Positions 48,989 to 59,900 of a stretch of 64,000 nt of DNA are shown here, piece by piece (positions within the stretch are counted from its first letter, which is position 1; every line of letters begins with the position of its first letter). The stretch covers positions 62,001-126,000 of IMG/VR virus record IMGVR_UViG_3300044797_000098; one strand, 5' to 3'. A model generated the notes under the pieces. That model saw only the letters and a program-made list of their open reading frames with translations. It did not search any database and was not told where the DNA came from. Position numbers and translations under genes: made by a program.

Positions 48989-51900
48989 TTATTCGCCACC
49001 ACCATATATTTCAAATGTCGGCCCAGTATTTCCGCTTGGGTTATAAGTGTTATCACCGCTATATAATGTAGATGTGCTATATGTTTGTGTTCCATTTGTT
49101 GGTGATCCAACGAGATCATCATAAATGCCAGTTGATATTGGTGAATATCCGGGCGTTGGTCCATTTGGCATTGCAAAAACATTACTAATCAATACAGTGG
49201 CAGTTCCGCCACTCAATGTTAGCTGACCAGTATTAAAAGCGTGACCGGTTGTTTCACCAATAACATTTAGACTTACAGTGCCGGTTGGTAAAGCAAATGA
49301 ACCACTAACAGTAATAGTTATAGTAATATCACCTCCTGGTGGTGGATTATTATAATCTGATGGACTACCAGTAATTGTTATTGTAATTGTTGGTGTTGCA
49401 CATTGATAGAAGTAAGATGTAACAGTAGATGTAACAGCATTATACGAAGAACTACCACCATAGGAAGCTTGCACCGTATGATATCCTTGTTGTTCGGTTC
49501 CACCAAAATTAGTGCCACTGATTGCTATGCCAGGATAAGATGTATCAATACCACCTCTATGTATTAAATTACCGGTCAATGCCGTTGTAACACCGTCTAT
49601 TAATAATGTAACTGTTCCAGTAACATTATGAGATCCATCACCAATTAAGTCTACATAATCCGTAGTACTTGGATTTCCAGCGGTAGTGCTGTTGGTAAAG
49701 TTTTGAGATATGGAAGGTGTTAATTTAGAAACAACGAACCCGCCTATGAATTGACTTGAACCATTAAAATTGGAATCGCCGACATAGTTTGCTTGAAGTT
49801 GATAGGTGCCAGCAGTTGGAATATTTAAACTGCCAAGCGTTGCAACATTTGCGCTTATTACACCGGAACCTAAACTAGTAAATGGTGATACTATTGTAAA
49901 TGTTATGCTACCAGATGGACCTGGCGAAACCACATATTGTGGATTAACTGTTGCACTAAGACTAAATGTACTAAATACCGTTTCACCAGATGACGGTGAT
50001 GCTGTGAATGGATTAATTGTTGTACTGGCTTTATTTACAGTTTGTGTAACTGTATTTGATGTACTTGGCCCATTATTACCATCACCAGAATACACTACAG
50101 TGATCGAGTGTGAACCAGCTGTCAATAATGCGTAAGATGTAGTATTTGTTGGTAATGTAGTTGTGGCAAATGTAACACCGCCGTTTTTGAATGTTAATGT
50201 ACCAGTTGGACTAGATCCATTTACGGTTGCGGTAAATATAACGGCTTGACCATATGTTGATGTTGGTAAGTTAGACAACAATGTTGTTGTGGTTGGCGAA
50301 GCTGTAACAGTTTGTGTGAAATTTATAGATGTATTTCCATTAAAATTTGCATCACCAGAATATGTGCTAGTTATTGTATGTGCTCCAATTGTTAACCCTG
50401 AATATGCGAGTGATCCTGTTCCACTAATTAATGAAATCGCTCCATTAATATTTACTCCGCCATTTTTAAATTGAACTGTACCTGTTGGTGTCCCGGTTGT
50501 AACAGATGTTACAGTTGAACTAAATGTTGTTGATTGATTAATGGCAGTGGTTGGAATAGAAGAATTAATTGATACTGAAACATTTGCTTTACTAACAGTT
50601 TGATTTGGTGATAGTGATATAGATGCCGAATTGTAAATCATATCTCCGTTGTAATTTGCAGAAATTGTATGATAAGCTGGAGACAAGGTTGGTGTAGCTA
50701 ACAACGCTGATGTTGATGTTTGGGCAGAACCAGCCACGAGTGTAATCGGAGCACCAAAATTAGTACCATCAATTACGAATTGTACGGTACCAGTTGGTGT
50801 TCCCTGTGTACCGACTGCTGTACCGAAAAATATTACACTATTACCGTAAATAGACGGATTAGCACTTGATGATATTGTAAATGTTGGAGTTAATCTATTA
50901 ATAACTTGGAATACTGTATTTGATGTATCTGGCGCATATGTTGAATCACCGCTATACACTGCTGTTATTGGATGGGTGCCTGGAAGTAGTTGTGTTGGAG
51001 ACAGTGAAAATGTTGCTATTCCACCAACTAATCCCTGAACAGAACCAAGGTTTACTCCGTTGTCTTGGAATTGCACGGTACCCGTTGGAGTACCCAATGA
51101 ACCACTTACGGTGGCAGTAAATATTACGCCAGATGTTCCGTAATTTACTGTTGGCATATTCGATATTAAAAATGTAGATGAAGCTTCTGCTGTTATTGTT
51201 TCTACAACAGTGTTTGATGTTGGACTTGGGTTATTATTAGGATCACCACCATAGATAGCAGTTATATTATATACACCTGTTGTTAAACTACTAGTGGAAT
51301 ATGTTGCTACACCAGATCCATTCACGGTGGCAGGACTTCCCATAGGACTTCCGCCATTATAGAATTGAACAGTACCGGTTATTGGTCCATTGTTAACTCC
51401 TACAACAGTAGCAGTAAATGTTATACTTACACTTGCTGGTGATGTAGGAGCAGATGACATCAATGTTGTAGTCGTATTTTGTTTATTTATCACCTCACTT
51501 ATAGCATTAGATGTGCTGATTAAATAATTAGTATCACCAGAATATTTAGCGGTAAGAGAATGCGGTGATAGAGGTACGCTAAATAATGGAACATTTAATG
51601 TGGCCAATCCAGAACCATTTATAGTAACCGCACTACCAATAGCAGTTACACCATCATAGAACGTAACAGTTCCAGTTGGAATAGTAAAGGCAGATGAAAC
51701 AGTTGCTGACAATAATACAGCCGTTCCCCACGTTACAGGATTCGCTGATGTAATCAATGTTGTCATACTTGGTAATTGATTTACCACTTGCACTAATATA
51801 GGTGATGTAGATAAACTAAAATTACTATCACCAGAATATTGTGCAGTTATATTATGATTACCAGCAGTTAATGTAGAAACCATTAATGATCCCGAATTGA

Positions 51901-52615
51901 CAGAAACACCAGATGTACCAATAACCGTTGCGCCATCATAAAATGTAATTGTACCAGTTGCAACACCGCCAGCTGGTACTGTTATAGCAGCTGAAAAAGT
52001 TATGCTTCCACCATAGTTAGATGGATTAGCGTTTGAAAATACTGCTATTGATGAGGAAAACTCGCTGACTGTAATTAATGCAGGAAACGAAAAGCCACCG
52101 CCAAATATATTATCTCCGCTATATTCTGCTATAACCGCATGTGTTCCACCACTTAATACCACTGGCACCGACATCGCTGAACCGCCAACAAGAGTTTCTG
52201 TATCTATTACATTTACACCGTCGAGAAATGTGACCATTCCTGTTGGAGTACCGCCAGTTCCAGTAACAGTTGAAGAAAATGTTATAAGTGTACCATATGC
52301 TATGCTTGTGGCGGAAGGCATGATTGTAGTTGTTGATTGTGCTAGATTTACAATATCTACTTCCAATACATTTGAGAAACCGGGAGCAAAGTTTTGATCA
52401 CCAGCATAATAAGCTGTCATTTCATGTACGCCGAGCCCTAAAACGATAGATGAAATATTAAATGTAAATTGACCATTATTACCTAATCTACCAACCGAAA
52501 TAGTATGATTTTTATCTTGTAAAATAACTGTTCCAGTTGGAGTTAATAATATCCCGGAGGATAGTACTAAAACATTTATTATTACAGGATCACCTAATGC
52601 TATTATGAGTGCCAT
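48989..52615 (-). CDS. Ig-like (Big_3-type) repeat virion protein
   Basis: About 12 tandem ~95-aa repeats TT.L.S..P..G..VTF.A.V....PTG.V.F..G.......G.H.ITA.YSGD.N. Confidence 0.88.
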   Translation of the reverse strand: MALIIALGDPVIINVLVLSSGILLTPTGTVILQDKNHTISVGRLGNNGQFTFNISSIVLGLGVHEMTAYYAGDQNFAPGFSNVLEVDIVNLAQSTTTIMPSATSIAYGTLITFSSTVTGTGGTPTGMVTFLDGVNVIDTETLVGGSAMSVPVVLSGGTHAVIAEYSGDNIFGGGFSFPALITVSEFSSSIAVFSNANPSNYGGSITFSAAITVPAGGVATGTITFYDGATVIGTSGVSVNSGSLMVSTLTAGNHNITAQYSGDSNFSLSTSPILVQVVNQLPSMTTLITSANPVTWGTAVLLSATVSSAFTIPTGTVTFYDGVTAIGSAVTINGSGLATLNVPLFSVPLSPHSLTAKYSGDTNYLISTSNAISEVINKQNTTTTLMSSAPTSPASVSITFTATVVGVNNGPITGTVQFYNGGSPMGSPATVNGSGVATYSTSSLTTGVYNITAIYGGDPNNNPSPTSNTVVETITAEASSTFLISNMPTVNYGTSGVIFTATVSGSLGTPTGTVQFQDNGVNLGSVQGLVGGIATFSLSPTQLLPGTHPITAVYSGDSTYAPDTSNTVFQVINRLTPTFTISSSANPSIYGNSVIFFGTAVGTQGTPTGTVQFVIDGTNFGAPITLVAGSAQTSTSALLATPTLSPAYHTISANYNGDMIYNSASISLSPNQTVSKANVSVSINSSIPTTAINQSTTFSSTVTSVTTGTPTGTVQFKNGGVNINGAISLISGTGSLAYSGLTIGAHTITSTYSGDANFNGNTSINFTQTVTASPTTTTLLSNLPTSTYGQAVIFTATVNGSSPTGTLTFKNGGVTFATTTLPTNTTSYALLTAGSHSITVVYSGDGNNGPSTSNTVTQTVNKASTTINPFTASPSSGETVFSTFSLSATVNPQYVVSPGPSGSITFTIVSPFTSLGSGVISANVATLGSLNIPTAGTYQLQANYVGDSNFNGSSQFIGGFVVSKLTPSISQNFTNSTTAGNPSTTDYVDLIGDGSHNVTGTVTLLIDGVTTALTGNLIHRGGIDTSYPGIAISGTNFGGTEQQGYHTVQASYGGSSSYNAVTSTVTSYFYQCATPTITITITGSPSDYNNPPPGGDITITITVSGSFALPTGTVSLNVIGETTGHAFNTGQLTLSGGTATVLISNVFAMPNGPTPGYSPISTGIYDDLVGSPTNGTQTYSTSTLYSGDNTYNPSGNTGPTFEIYGGGE

Positions 52616-52621
52616 ATATTC

Positions 52622-55600
52622 CTAACTAATAATAACGATTGATGGATCTGGGCATACAGTATTTGTTGGAGGTGGATTTGGAACACCGAATATATTTTGT
52701 GTTTTTGTTGAATTGACGTAGATTGGTGTATTATTCCAACCAGCTTTCTTAAGATATACTGTAACTTCTATTTTTGTATTTAATGTTTGTTTTACTGGAT
52801 CTTGATACAAATTAGTAAAATTTAATGTCAATAGCCCGGTTGAATAATTTATTGATACTCCTATTTTACCATCAACAATAATCCCTGTAATACATTGTGG
52901 ATCAATACCATCTAATTGTGGTGAAAATGATTGAACTGCTGTTCCAAATCTAATCTGATTTAGATTTAGCGCATTTAAAGTCACGTTTGTACAGTCAGCG
53001 AACTTCATGGCTCTATAACCAAGATTTGTGTATCCAGTGCCAGTAACATCAGCAATAAAATCAGTTAACAAATTAACACTGTGTTCAGTATCAAATGATA
53101 CTTCTGGTATCTCAAATAAAATTGTTGACATTTCATAATCCATTTTCATAAAGTAACCATCTGGTCGTAAAAATTGTCCTCCATTATTTACTATAAGATT
53201 ATTTGATATGAAAAAATCATTTCTGCCTGGATCAAATGGTTGAGCTCTTGGAAATGTTTGTGATATTACACCTGGAACATAACATAAGGGATTAGTATAA
53301 CCTGTTTGATAGTTGAAAGATGCTTGAACCAATCTTGGATTGGAATTAACCACTACACTTGATTGATCCCATACTAATTGACTCATTATACTGAATGATA
53401 GTGGATTATATTGAAGATTTTGATTAGCAAATAAAGTATATCCATCTAAATATACATCTGGTAACGGATGTAATGTATCACCCCTATTTGTGCCATTTGA
53501 TGGGTAATCATCATTTCTGTCTATATATTTTTCCAATGTGAGACGAATAGCATTAAATGATGTTCCTATTTTATTTGCAGGAGATGTTGTGGCTGGTATT
53601 GGAGCAACGGCATTTACATAGTTTGATATATAATTTATATCAGTTGCATTTAAGATCATATCACCATTTATATCTGATCTCATAATTTCTAATATAGTAT
53701 CTGATGTGTAATATTGTTTTTGTATTGTTATATCATTATTACTTATTAAATTTACAATAGAAAATGAACCATTATTTCCTGGACTGGTTACTGAATTAAA
53801 AATTGCAAATGTATCACCGCCTAAGTTTGATATGCTATTAAAATTAGCTGATGCGCTTCCAAAATTGGCTTGCGCCCCATTAGATGGATTTGGGACTAAA
53901 ATACCATCACTGCCAGATGCTATTATATTTAATGATGGATCCAGCACTTGCCACTGTAAATAACCATCAGCAACAAATAATTCTGTTTGTTGAATATATT
54001 GACTATAACTTGGTATGATATTTAAATTTACTGTTGCGAGTTGTTGTGCTAAGGCTAAATCATTATCATCTACAATGCCATCACCATTAACATCACCATA
54101 AATCATTGAAATATATTCTGCTTTTGATATTTTGTAATAAAATGATGGATTAGCTGTGTTTGGAATTATTTTTGCACCATTCAATGAGCCATTCACCAAT
54201 AATGATACTAACTCTATTATATTTTGATCATATCGATATCCATCAGTAGGGTCGGTTATTACTTTTATTACAATTTGATTCCCAACCATCCCATATTCGT
54301 GAAAGGCTGCTGTTAATGTTGAATTGAATGCGTTATATGTTTTTACATTTTGATCTGATATCGTACCAATAATTAACGGCTCCGAGACATTTTGTATATT
54401 AGCTAATGATGTGGCATTCAATAATGTAATTGATGGCTCAAATTGTTGTTGTGTAAAGACAGGTTCACCGGTTCGCTCACTCTGAACAGGAACACTATCT
54501 ACTGTTATTGCTTGTAATAATGCATAATATAAATCATTTCTAACAAACTGAATATCATTAAGAACATAATCTTGTGTCAGTCCTGTTGTTGGGTTTATCT
54601 GTGTCTTGGGAACGAAGACACCGTTACCAGCATCGTATGCCTGACCATCTGAAACTTTTGCTGAATCTGTCCATACTTGAAACCATAATGATTGCTCTGG
54701 TACATCTACCCATACGCTACCATTGAATAATGTTTCCCAAGTGTTTGATGCCTTGTTTGTACCGACTGCCAATTGTATTTGACATGTATCTGCTGATCCT
54801 GCTCGTTTTACCGTAACAGCGTAATAGGTTCCTGATTGGATCACTAATCCGGAACCAACGGGCGTGTTACTAAATATGAAATCAACGGGTTGCGGAACTG
54901 TATTTAATTGAATACCGGATGCTAAAAGAGTCGAATAATTGACACTCAACTGTGCTAACGGTATATTAGATGGATCAAAATCTATTGGTGCTTGTGGTGT
55001 AATATCTGTTGGGCATGATACAGTAGATTGAAGTGGATATAAGCTAATTAATAAATCACCTGTCCATACTAGATTGCTCGGTGTAGTTTCATTTATTACT
55101 GAAAATAAAAGAGTTATTTTTTGTATATTATTTGTTGATGCTAAAAACTTTTGTGCTACCTGTGAGCTTACATCATTTTCAATGATGCTGGCATATGAAA
55201 GAGGGGCGGTGCTTATATCTAAATTATCTATATTGTAACTTGGTAATGCTGCTGCCAATGTGCCGGCTAACGTAGAACCAGTACTAACGAAAAAATCTCT
55301 AAAAAACAAATTGGGTTCAACATCTTGTGAGATCATTATACAATCTCTTGATAGAGTTAAAGGATTTGCTTCCTTAATTGTTATTACTCCACCAAGGTTT
55401 AACGATTGATTGGCTGCTCCTATGAAATCATTGAATAATAAGGTTAATATAGATCTATAATGTTTTGAACTTAATTGTTTTTCATTTCTATCAAATGTAA
55501 ATCTATCATATTGTAAATTATTTTGAAAATCTAATCCAATAATCAATACTTTAACCGTTCTATTACCAGAAGCTTTTGAACCACATAACTCAATTTGTAA

Positions 55601-55855
55601 TTGATTTCCATTATTACTATCTGACGGTTGCGATTGAATACTGATTGGTTTGCCATCTAATAACCCATTAGCAGATTCTGAATTAAATAATACACGCTGA
55701 ATCAACGAATCTGGCAAAACACCTGAACCAAAATGACTATCGATTATTCCAGACTGTATTATATTGTCGTGGGTTTGCTCTAATGTTAAATTGGTATTAT
55801 CAACATTCATCGTATCGAAAAATAAATTCTGTGGTGAAGAAACAGGGATTCGCAT
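52622..55855 (-). CDS. Large structural protein with two dockerin/EF-hand-like motifs
   Basis: 1077 aa, beta-rich; GDVNGDGIVDDNDL and SDINGDMILNATDI; lies in the baseplate gene run. Confidence 0.6.
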   Translation of the reverse strand: MRIPVSSPQNLFFDTMNVDNTNLTLEQTHDNIIQSGIIDSHFGSGVLPDSLIQRVLFNSESANGLLDGKPISIQSQPSDSNNGNQLQIELCGSKASGNRTVKVLIIGLDFQNNLQYDRFTFDRNEKQLSSKHYRSILTLLFNDFIGAANQSLNLGGVITIKEANPLTLSRDCIMISQDVEPNLFFRDFFVSTGSTLAGTLAAALPSYNIDNLDISTAPLSYASIIENDVSSQVAQKFLASTNNIQKITLLFSVINETTPSNLVWTGDLLISLYPLQSTVSCPTDITPQAPIDFDPSNIPLAQLSVNYSTLLASGIQLNTVPQPVDFIFSNTPVGSGLVIQSGTYYAVTVKRAGSADTCQIQLAVGTNKASNTWETLFNGSVWVDVPEQSLWFQVWTDSAKVSDGQAYDAGNGVFVPKTQINPTTGLTQDYVLNDIQFVRNDLYYALLQAITVDSVPVQSERTGEPVFTQQQFEPSITLLNATSLANIQNVSEPLIIGTISDQNVKTYNAFNSTLTAAFHEYGMVGNQIVIKVITDPTDGYRYDQNIIELVSLLVNGSLNGAKIIPNTANPSFYYKISKAEYISMIYGDVNGDGIVDDNDLALAQQLATVNLNIIPSYSQYIQQTELFVADGYLQWQVLDPSLNIIASGSDGILVPNPSNGAQANFGSASANFNSISNLGGDTFAIFNSVTSPGNNGSFSIVNLISNNDITIQKQYYTSDTILEIMRSDINGDMILNATDINYISNYVNAVAPIPATTSPANKIGTSFNAIRLTLEKYIDRNDDYPSNGTNRGDTLHPLPDVYLDGYTLFANQNLQYNPLSFSIMSQLVWDQSSVVVNSNPRLVQASFNYQTGYTNPLCYVPGVISQTFPRAQPFDPGRNDFFISNNLIVNNGGQFLRPDGYFMKMDYEMSTILFEIPEVSFDTEHSVNLLTDFIADVTGTGYTNLGYRAMKFADCTNVTLNALNLNQIRFGTAVQSFSPQLDGIDPQCITGIIVDGKIGVSINYSTGLLTLNFTNLYQDPVKQTLNTKIEVTVYLKKAGWNNTPIYVNSTKTQNIFGVPNPPPTNTVCPDPSIVIIS

Positions 55856-55870
55856 TATATATTCCTATAT

Positions 55871-56902
55871 TTATGTCACATTATTACGATTACGATCATA
55901 TTTACCGATTTTAGCAAAATAACATTGTTGGCACCAACTTCCGTCTTTTATCACTCCCGGTGGGTAGGCATCCCAAATATGGTTATTTTGACATTTAAAT
56001 TTCATAGATTTCCAATTATAGTATTCTGATAGGCATTCACCACCGTTGTTTTTAGCGATCATTCTAGCATCTTCAATAGTATATTTTCTATTTGTTGGTA
56101 CCAAAATTCCATTACTATCAAAACTGATTTTACCGTAGTATGCCTTACTTATATCTATGACAATATCATCAAAATTATTTGGTAAATTAATTTTTAATTC
56201 CATACATTGATTTTTAATTAATTGTTTTAAATCACTTAATTTAGTCATCGAAAATAACTCTGGTATAATTATTATTTTTGCCCCCATATTTTTTGCTAAT
56301 TGTATTTTATATACATCATTATATTTTAGTCTTTCAAACGCATCATTATTAATTTGTGAAAGTTTTACGTAGTGCTGTCTTCCATTATGTTCAAAACCTA
56401 TACCTAATTCTTTACAATATCCATCTAATTCTAATTTTCTACCTTTATCACCCATTAACCATTCTGGCCTAATCGATGGAAATGGTTTTCCAAAAATTTG
56501 CTCAAAATATTCCCTACATATTCGCTCATATAATGAACTTGAACAAATAGAGCACCATTGCCCATATTTTATATCGTTATAGCATCTTTGAAATTCATGC
56601 CCATAAAAACATTTTATTTTTAATGGCTTGTGAATGTGCTTATATTCACTTAAACATGTACCGCCCTTAGCTTCTATTGTGTCATTTACTTCTTTTTGTG
56701 TAAATTTTCTTGTACCACCACAGTCGGGACACCATCTTCCGCTCTTAATCGAGTAATATGGAGCGGACCACACATATCCACATTCAAAACATTTCCATTC
56801 CATTTTAGTACGCGCAGTTATATATATAACACTCAAACATTGTCCATTTTTTGATTTTGCTAAATTTTGCGCATCCTCAATGGTTAATTTTTTTGGCATC
56901 AA
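55871..56902 (-). CDS. Zinc-ribbon-repeat endonuclease (homing-type)
   Basis: G.CLS..Y......W.C..H.W........WC..C repeats flank LELDGY....FEHNGRQHY. Confidence 0.8.
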   Translation of the reverse strand: MMPKKLTIEDAQNLAKSKNGQCLSVIYITARTKMEWKCFECGYVWSAPYYSIKSGRWCPDCGGTRKFTQKEVNDTIEAKGGTCLSEYKHIHKPLKIKCFYGHEFQRCYNDIKYGQWCSICSSSLYERICREYFEQIFGKPFPSIRPEWLMGDKGRKLELDGYCKELGIGFEHNGRQHYVKLSQINNDAFERLKYNDVYKIQLAKNMGAKIIIIPELFSMTKLSDLKQLIKNQCMELKINLPNNFDDIVIDISKAYYGKISFDSNGILVPTNRKYTIEDARMIAKNNGGECLSEYYNWKSMKFKCQNNHIWDAYPPGVIKDGSWCQQCYFAKIGKYDRNRNNVT

Positions 56903-56914
56903 TTTCCTTACTCT

Positions 56915-59900
56915 TTACATATAATTAATATACACTTGGCTATTTGCTGGTTTCAATGTATTTATCAATTCTTCGAGCACCTGTTTTACTACGGGATTAT
57001 CTGCTAATATATCAAAGGAATCATAAACATTAATAGTAAAATCACTTAGTCCAGTGGTGCTATTTTTTAGTGTAGCAAAATTAGTATTTTTAGTAACTAA
57101 TGTATCAAAATCTAATAGTAAGGTTGTATATAAATCTGGTGTTACTGGTAAAACTATATTTGTATTTGTGCTATAATTTACATCTAATGATTCACCAAAT
57201 GGCATAAATAACGGTCGAGATTGATTACTAATTCGTAAATTATCTATTAATGCAAATGCCCCATTAGTTCCTGAAAAATCTGATCCTATGAATAATTCGT
57301 TGATAGTATCCTTAAAAACTATGCTTGCCTGCATTGTATTTTGACCAGTAAATGACGAACCGAATACTTGATTTTGACCGTATAATAACCCATTACCAAA
57401 TAGCACGTTTCCTCGTTCGTATCCGTCGACGAAAAACCTAATTTCATCTGTTCCTAATCCAGAATTAACTTTAAATGTTGCTTTTAATCGATGCCAAGTT
57501 CCCTTAGACCAATAGGCAGGAACCCGTATTTGATATACGACACTAGATGCTGTTATACTAAAATTAATATATCCGCTTGGATCTTTAAATATGGATATTC
57601 TATCACCATTAGTTCCAGTTGGGATATAATTGACAATAACAGGAGTTTGTTGATTTGGAAGCGCTCTATTTAGATATAATGTTTGCATGTCTGATGCAAT
57701 AACTCCGCCAGCAAAATAATCCACGCTCTGGCTACCAATTTGTAATTTTACATTAAGTACTTTTGATACTCTTCCAGAGACTTTTACCGTGGCGTTATTG
57801 GTGCTAATTACTTGTTGGCTTACAATACCAGAAGCATCAAAATAATATCTATAATTTGGATCATTTCCAGTATCATAAATTGGATTGACCCAAAACTCTA
57901 TCGTTCCCTCTTGCTTAGACGTTAATATACCAGTATTATCTATTATCATTGGTTTATTAGTAAGTACAATACTTTTACCAAAATTATCATTTACACTAAT
58001 AGATGATTGAATAAATTGATCTGATGCAGTTGTATAGATAGATGAATTATTAGTAAATGGGAATGAATCAAAATGTAGTAACATTAGTGTGTTGGCTGTT
58101 GGTTGTAATGCTTTCAACGAATTAAAATCCTTAGTAATTGTTTCTTGGTTAGCACCAACCATTTCACCAACTCTTACGTCAGTTAATTTTTCAGATACAA
58201 TCATTAATTCATCTAACGTACCATTTAAGATATTATGACCAGTAAAATCAGTACCAACATATGAATATAAATTAGTTACGCCCATAGGAATAGTCAAATA
58301 GGTATAATATTCGAACTCATATAATCCCTGAACTAAGTTGTAAGGCTGTCCTGGAACGGTTAAATTTTCTAATGTAAAATATCCATTTTGCAGACCGCTC
58401 CTATATGTACTTACTGTTAGTATTTCATATAGACCACCAGATGCAATAGGAGATGGTAATGCCGGAGATATTGTTATACTTTTGTAATCTGATGAAACAG
58501 CAGTTATTTGATACTGACCAGCACTAACTGATGGAGAAGTTATTATCAAATAGTTTCCGATTGTTTGTGAGGAAAAGAAATTATTAAGATCTGTAACCGT
58601 ATTACCGCTACCAGTTAAAGTATTACCAACAGCAGTTTGATAGCTATATCGTATTGTTGGTACAGTAATACTATTTTCTGCAACTGTTATTGGACTAACT
58701 TCCTGAATAGAAATAACAACACAGTTTTTAGTCGGATCTATTGGAGTACAATTTACTGCTACATAACTAACTGAGGTAAATTGTGATATCGTTGATAGCG
58801 TGGTATTTTCAGTAAAAGTTAGTATTTCTGGTGATGAGGTGTTATTAGTTCCGTAAATTGAAACGATTACGGGACTAGAATAATCAATATTAGTACCAGA
58901 TATATACACAGAAACAGTTCTACCGTTATCAGATATGGATGGCTGATCTGTATTTATATTATTAGATATAAAGGTATTACCAACTAATGTAGAATTACCC
59001 GGCCCAATATTATATCTATCAAGCAAAATATGAGTAATTTTTACATCTGATAGTAAAATTGGAGATGGTAATCTTGTTTTTATTATATTTGTTGTATTAC
59101 CCCATATATAATATTTTTGATTAATTAATCTATGATTTAATCCAAGTGTTCGTATTAATACGATATCATTTGGCAGAGCTTTATCCAGTATCGTTAGAGT
59201 TACAGTATCATCTGAGTTTCTAATTATACTATATGCTGGATGCAGTGCTCTGAGCCCAGGTATTTCTTGTTCCTTGTTAGAATAAATATAGAATGGTGCA
59301 GAAACATAACTAGCCGGCATGTTGTCATTTAAAATTAGATTCTGTCCATTAACAGACAAAATAACATAATTTGCAGCAAAACCGCTTTCAACTATCCTAA
59401 TTAGGTATCCTGGTAGTACGCCCAATGTTGAGAAATTAGTGGAAGGTGAGCTGACAATATTATATCCATCTGTTGTTTGCAGATCTGTTCCGTTTAATGT
59501 TGAATGCAATAATGATATTGCGATATTTGGATATAAATCTATTTCTGTTAATACATTGAATGAGGTTTTATTTACCGAGAATGAAGCCCCAGTCATCAAC
59601 AATGGCATCGGTGATGCCAATGTTAGTGTATTACCGTTTACATTTAATATTAGATATCCAGAAATAGAAAATCCGGGCTCTTCGATATATATTGTGCCAC
59701 CATTAACAACACCATAAGCACTAAAATTTAATGATGATGTTACAATATTTGAGCCAAGCGTTGTGACCAAATCAGTTGATGAAACGATAGCTGATGTTAT
59801 TAATCCAACAATTTCTTCCGGATCTACTGTTCTAAACTTCTCATGAAGATATGGTCCTACGTTACTTCCATATTTTATTATATTTGGTACCTCTTGTCCA

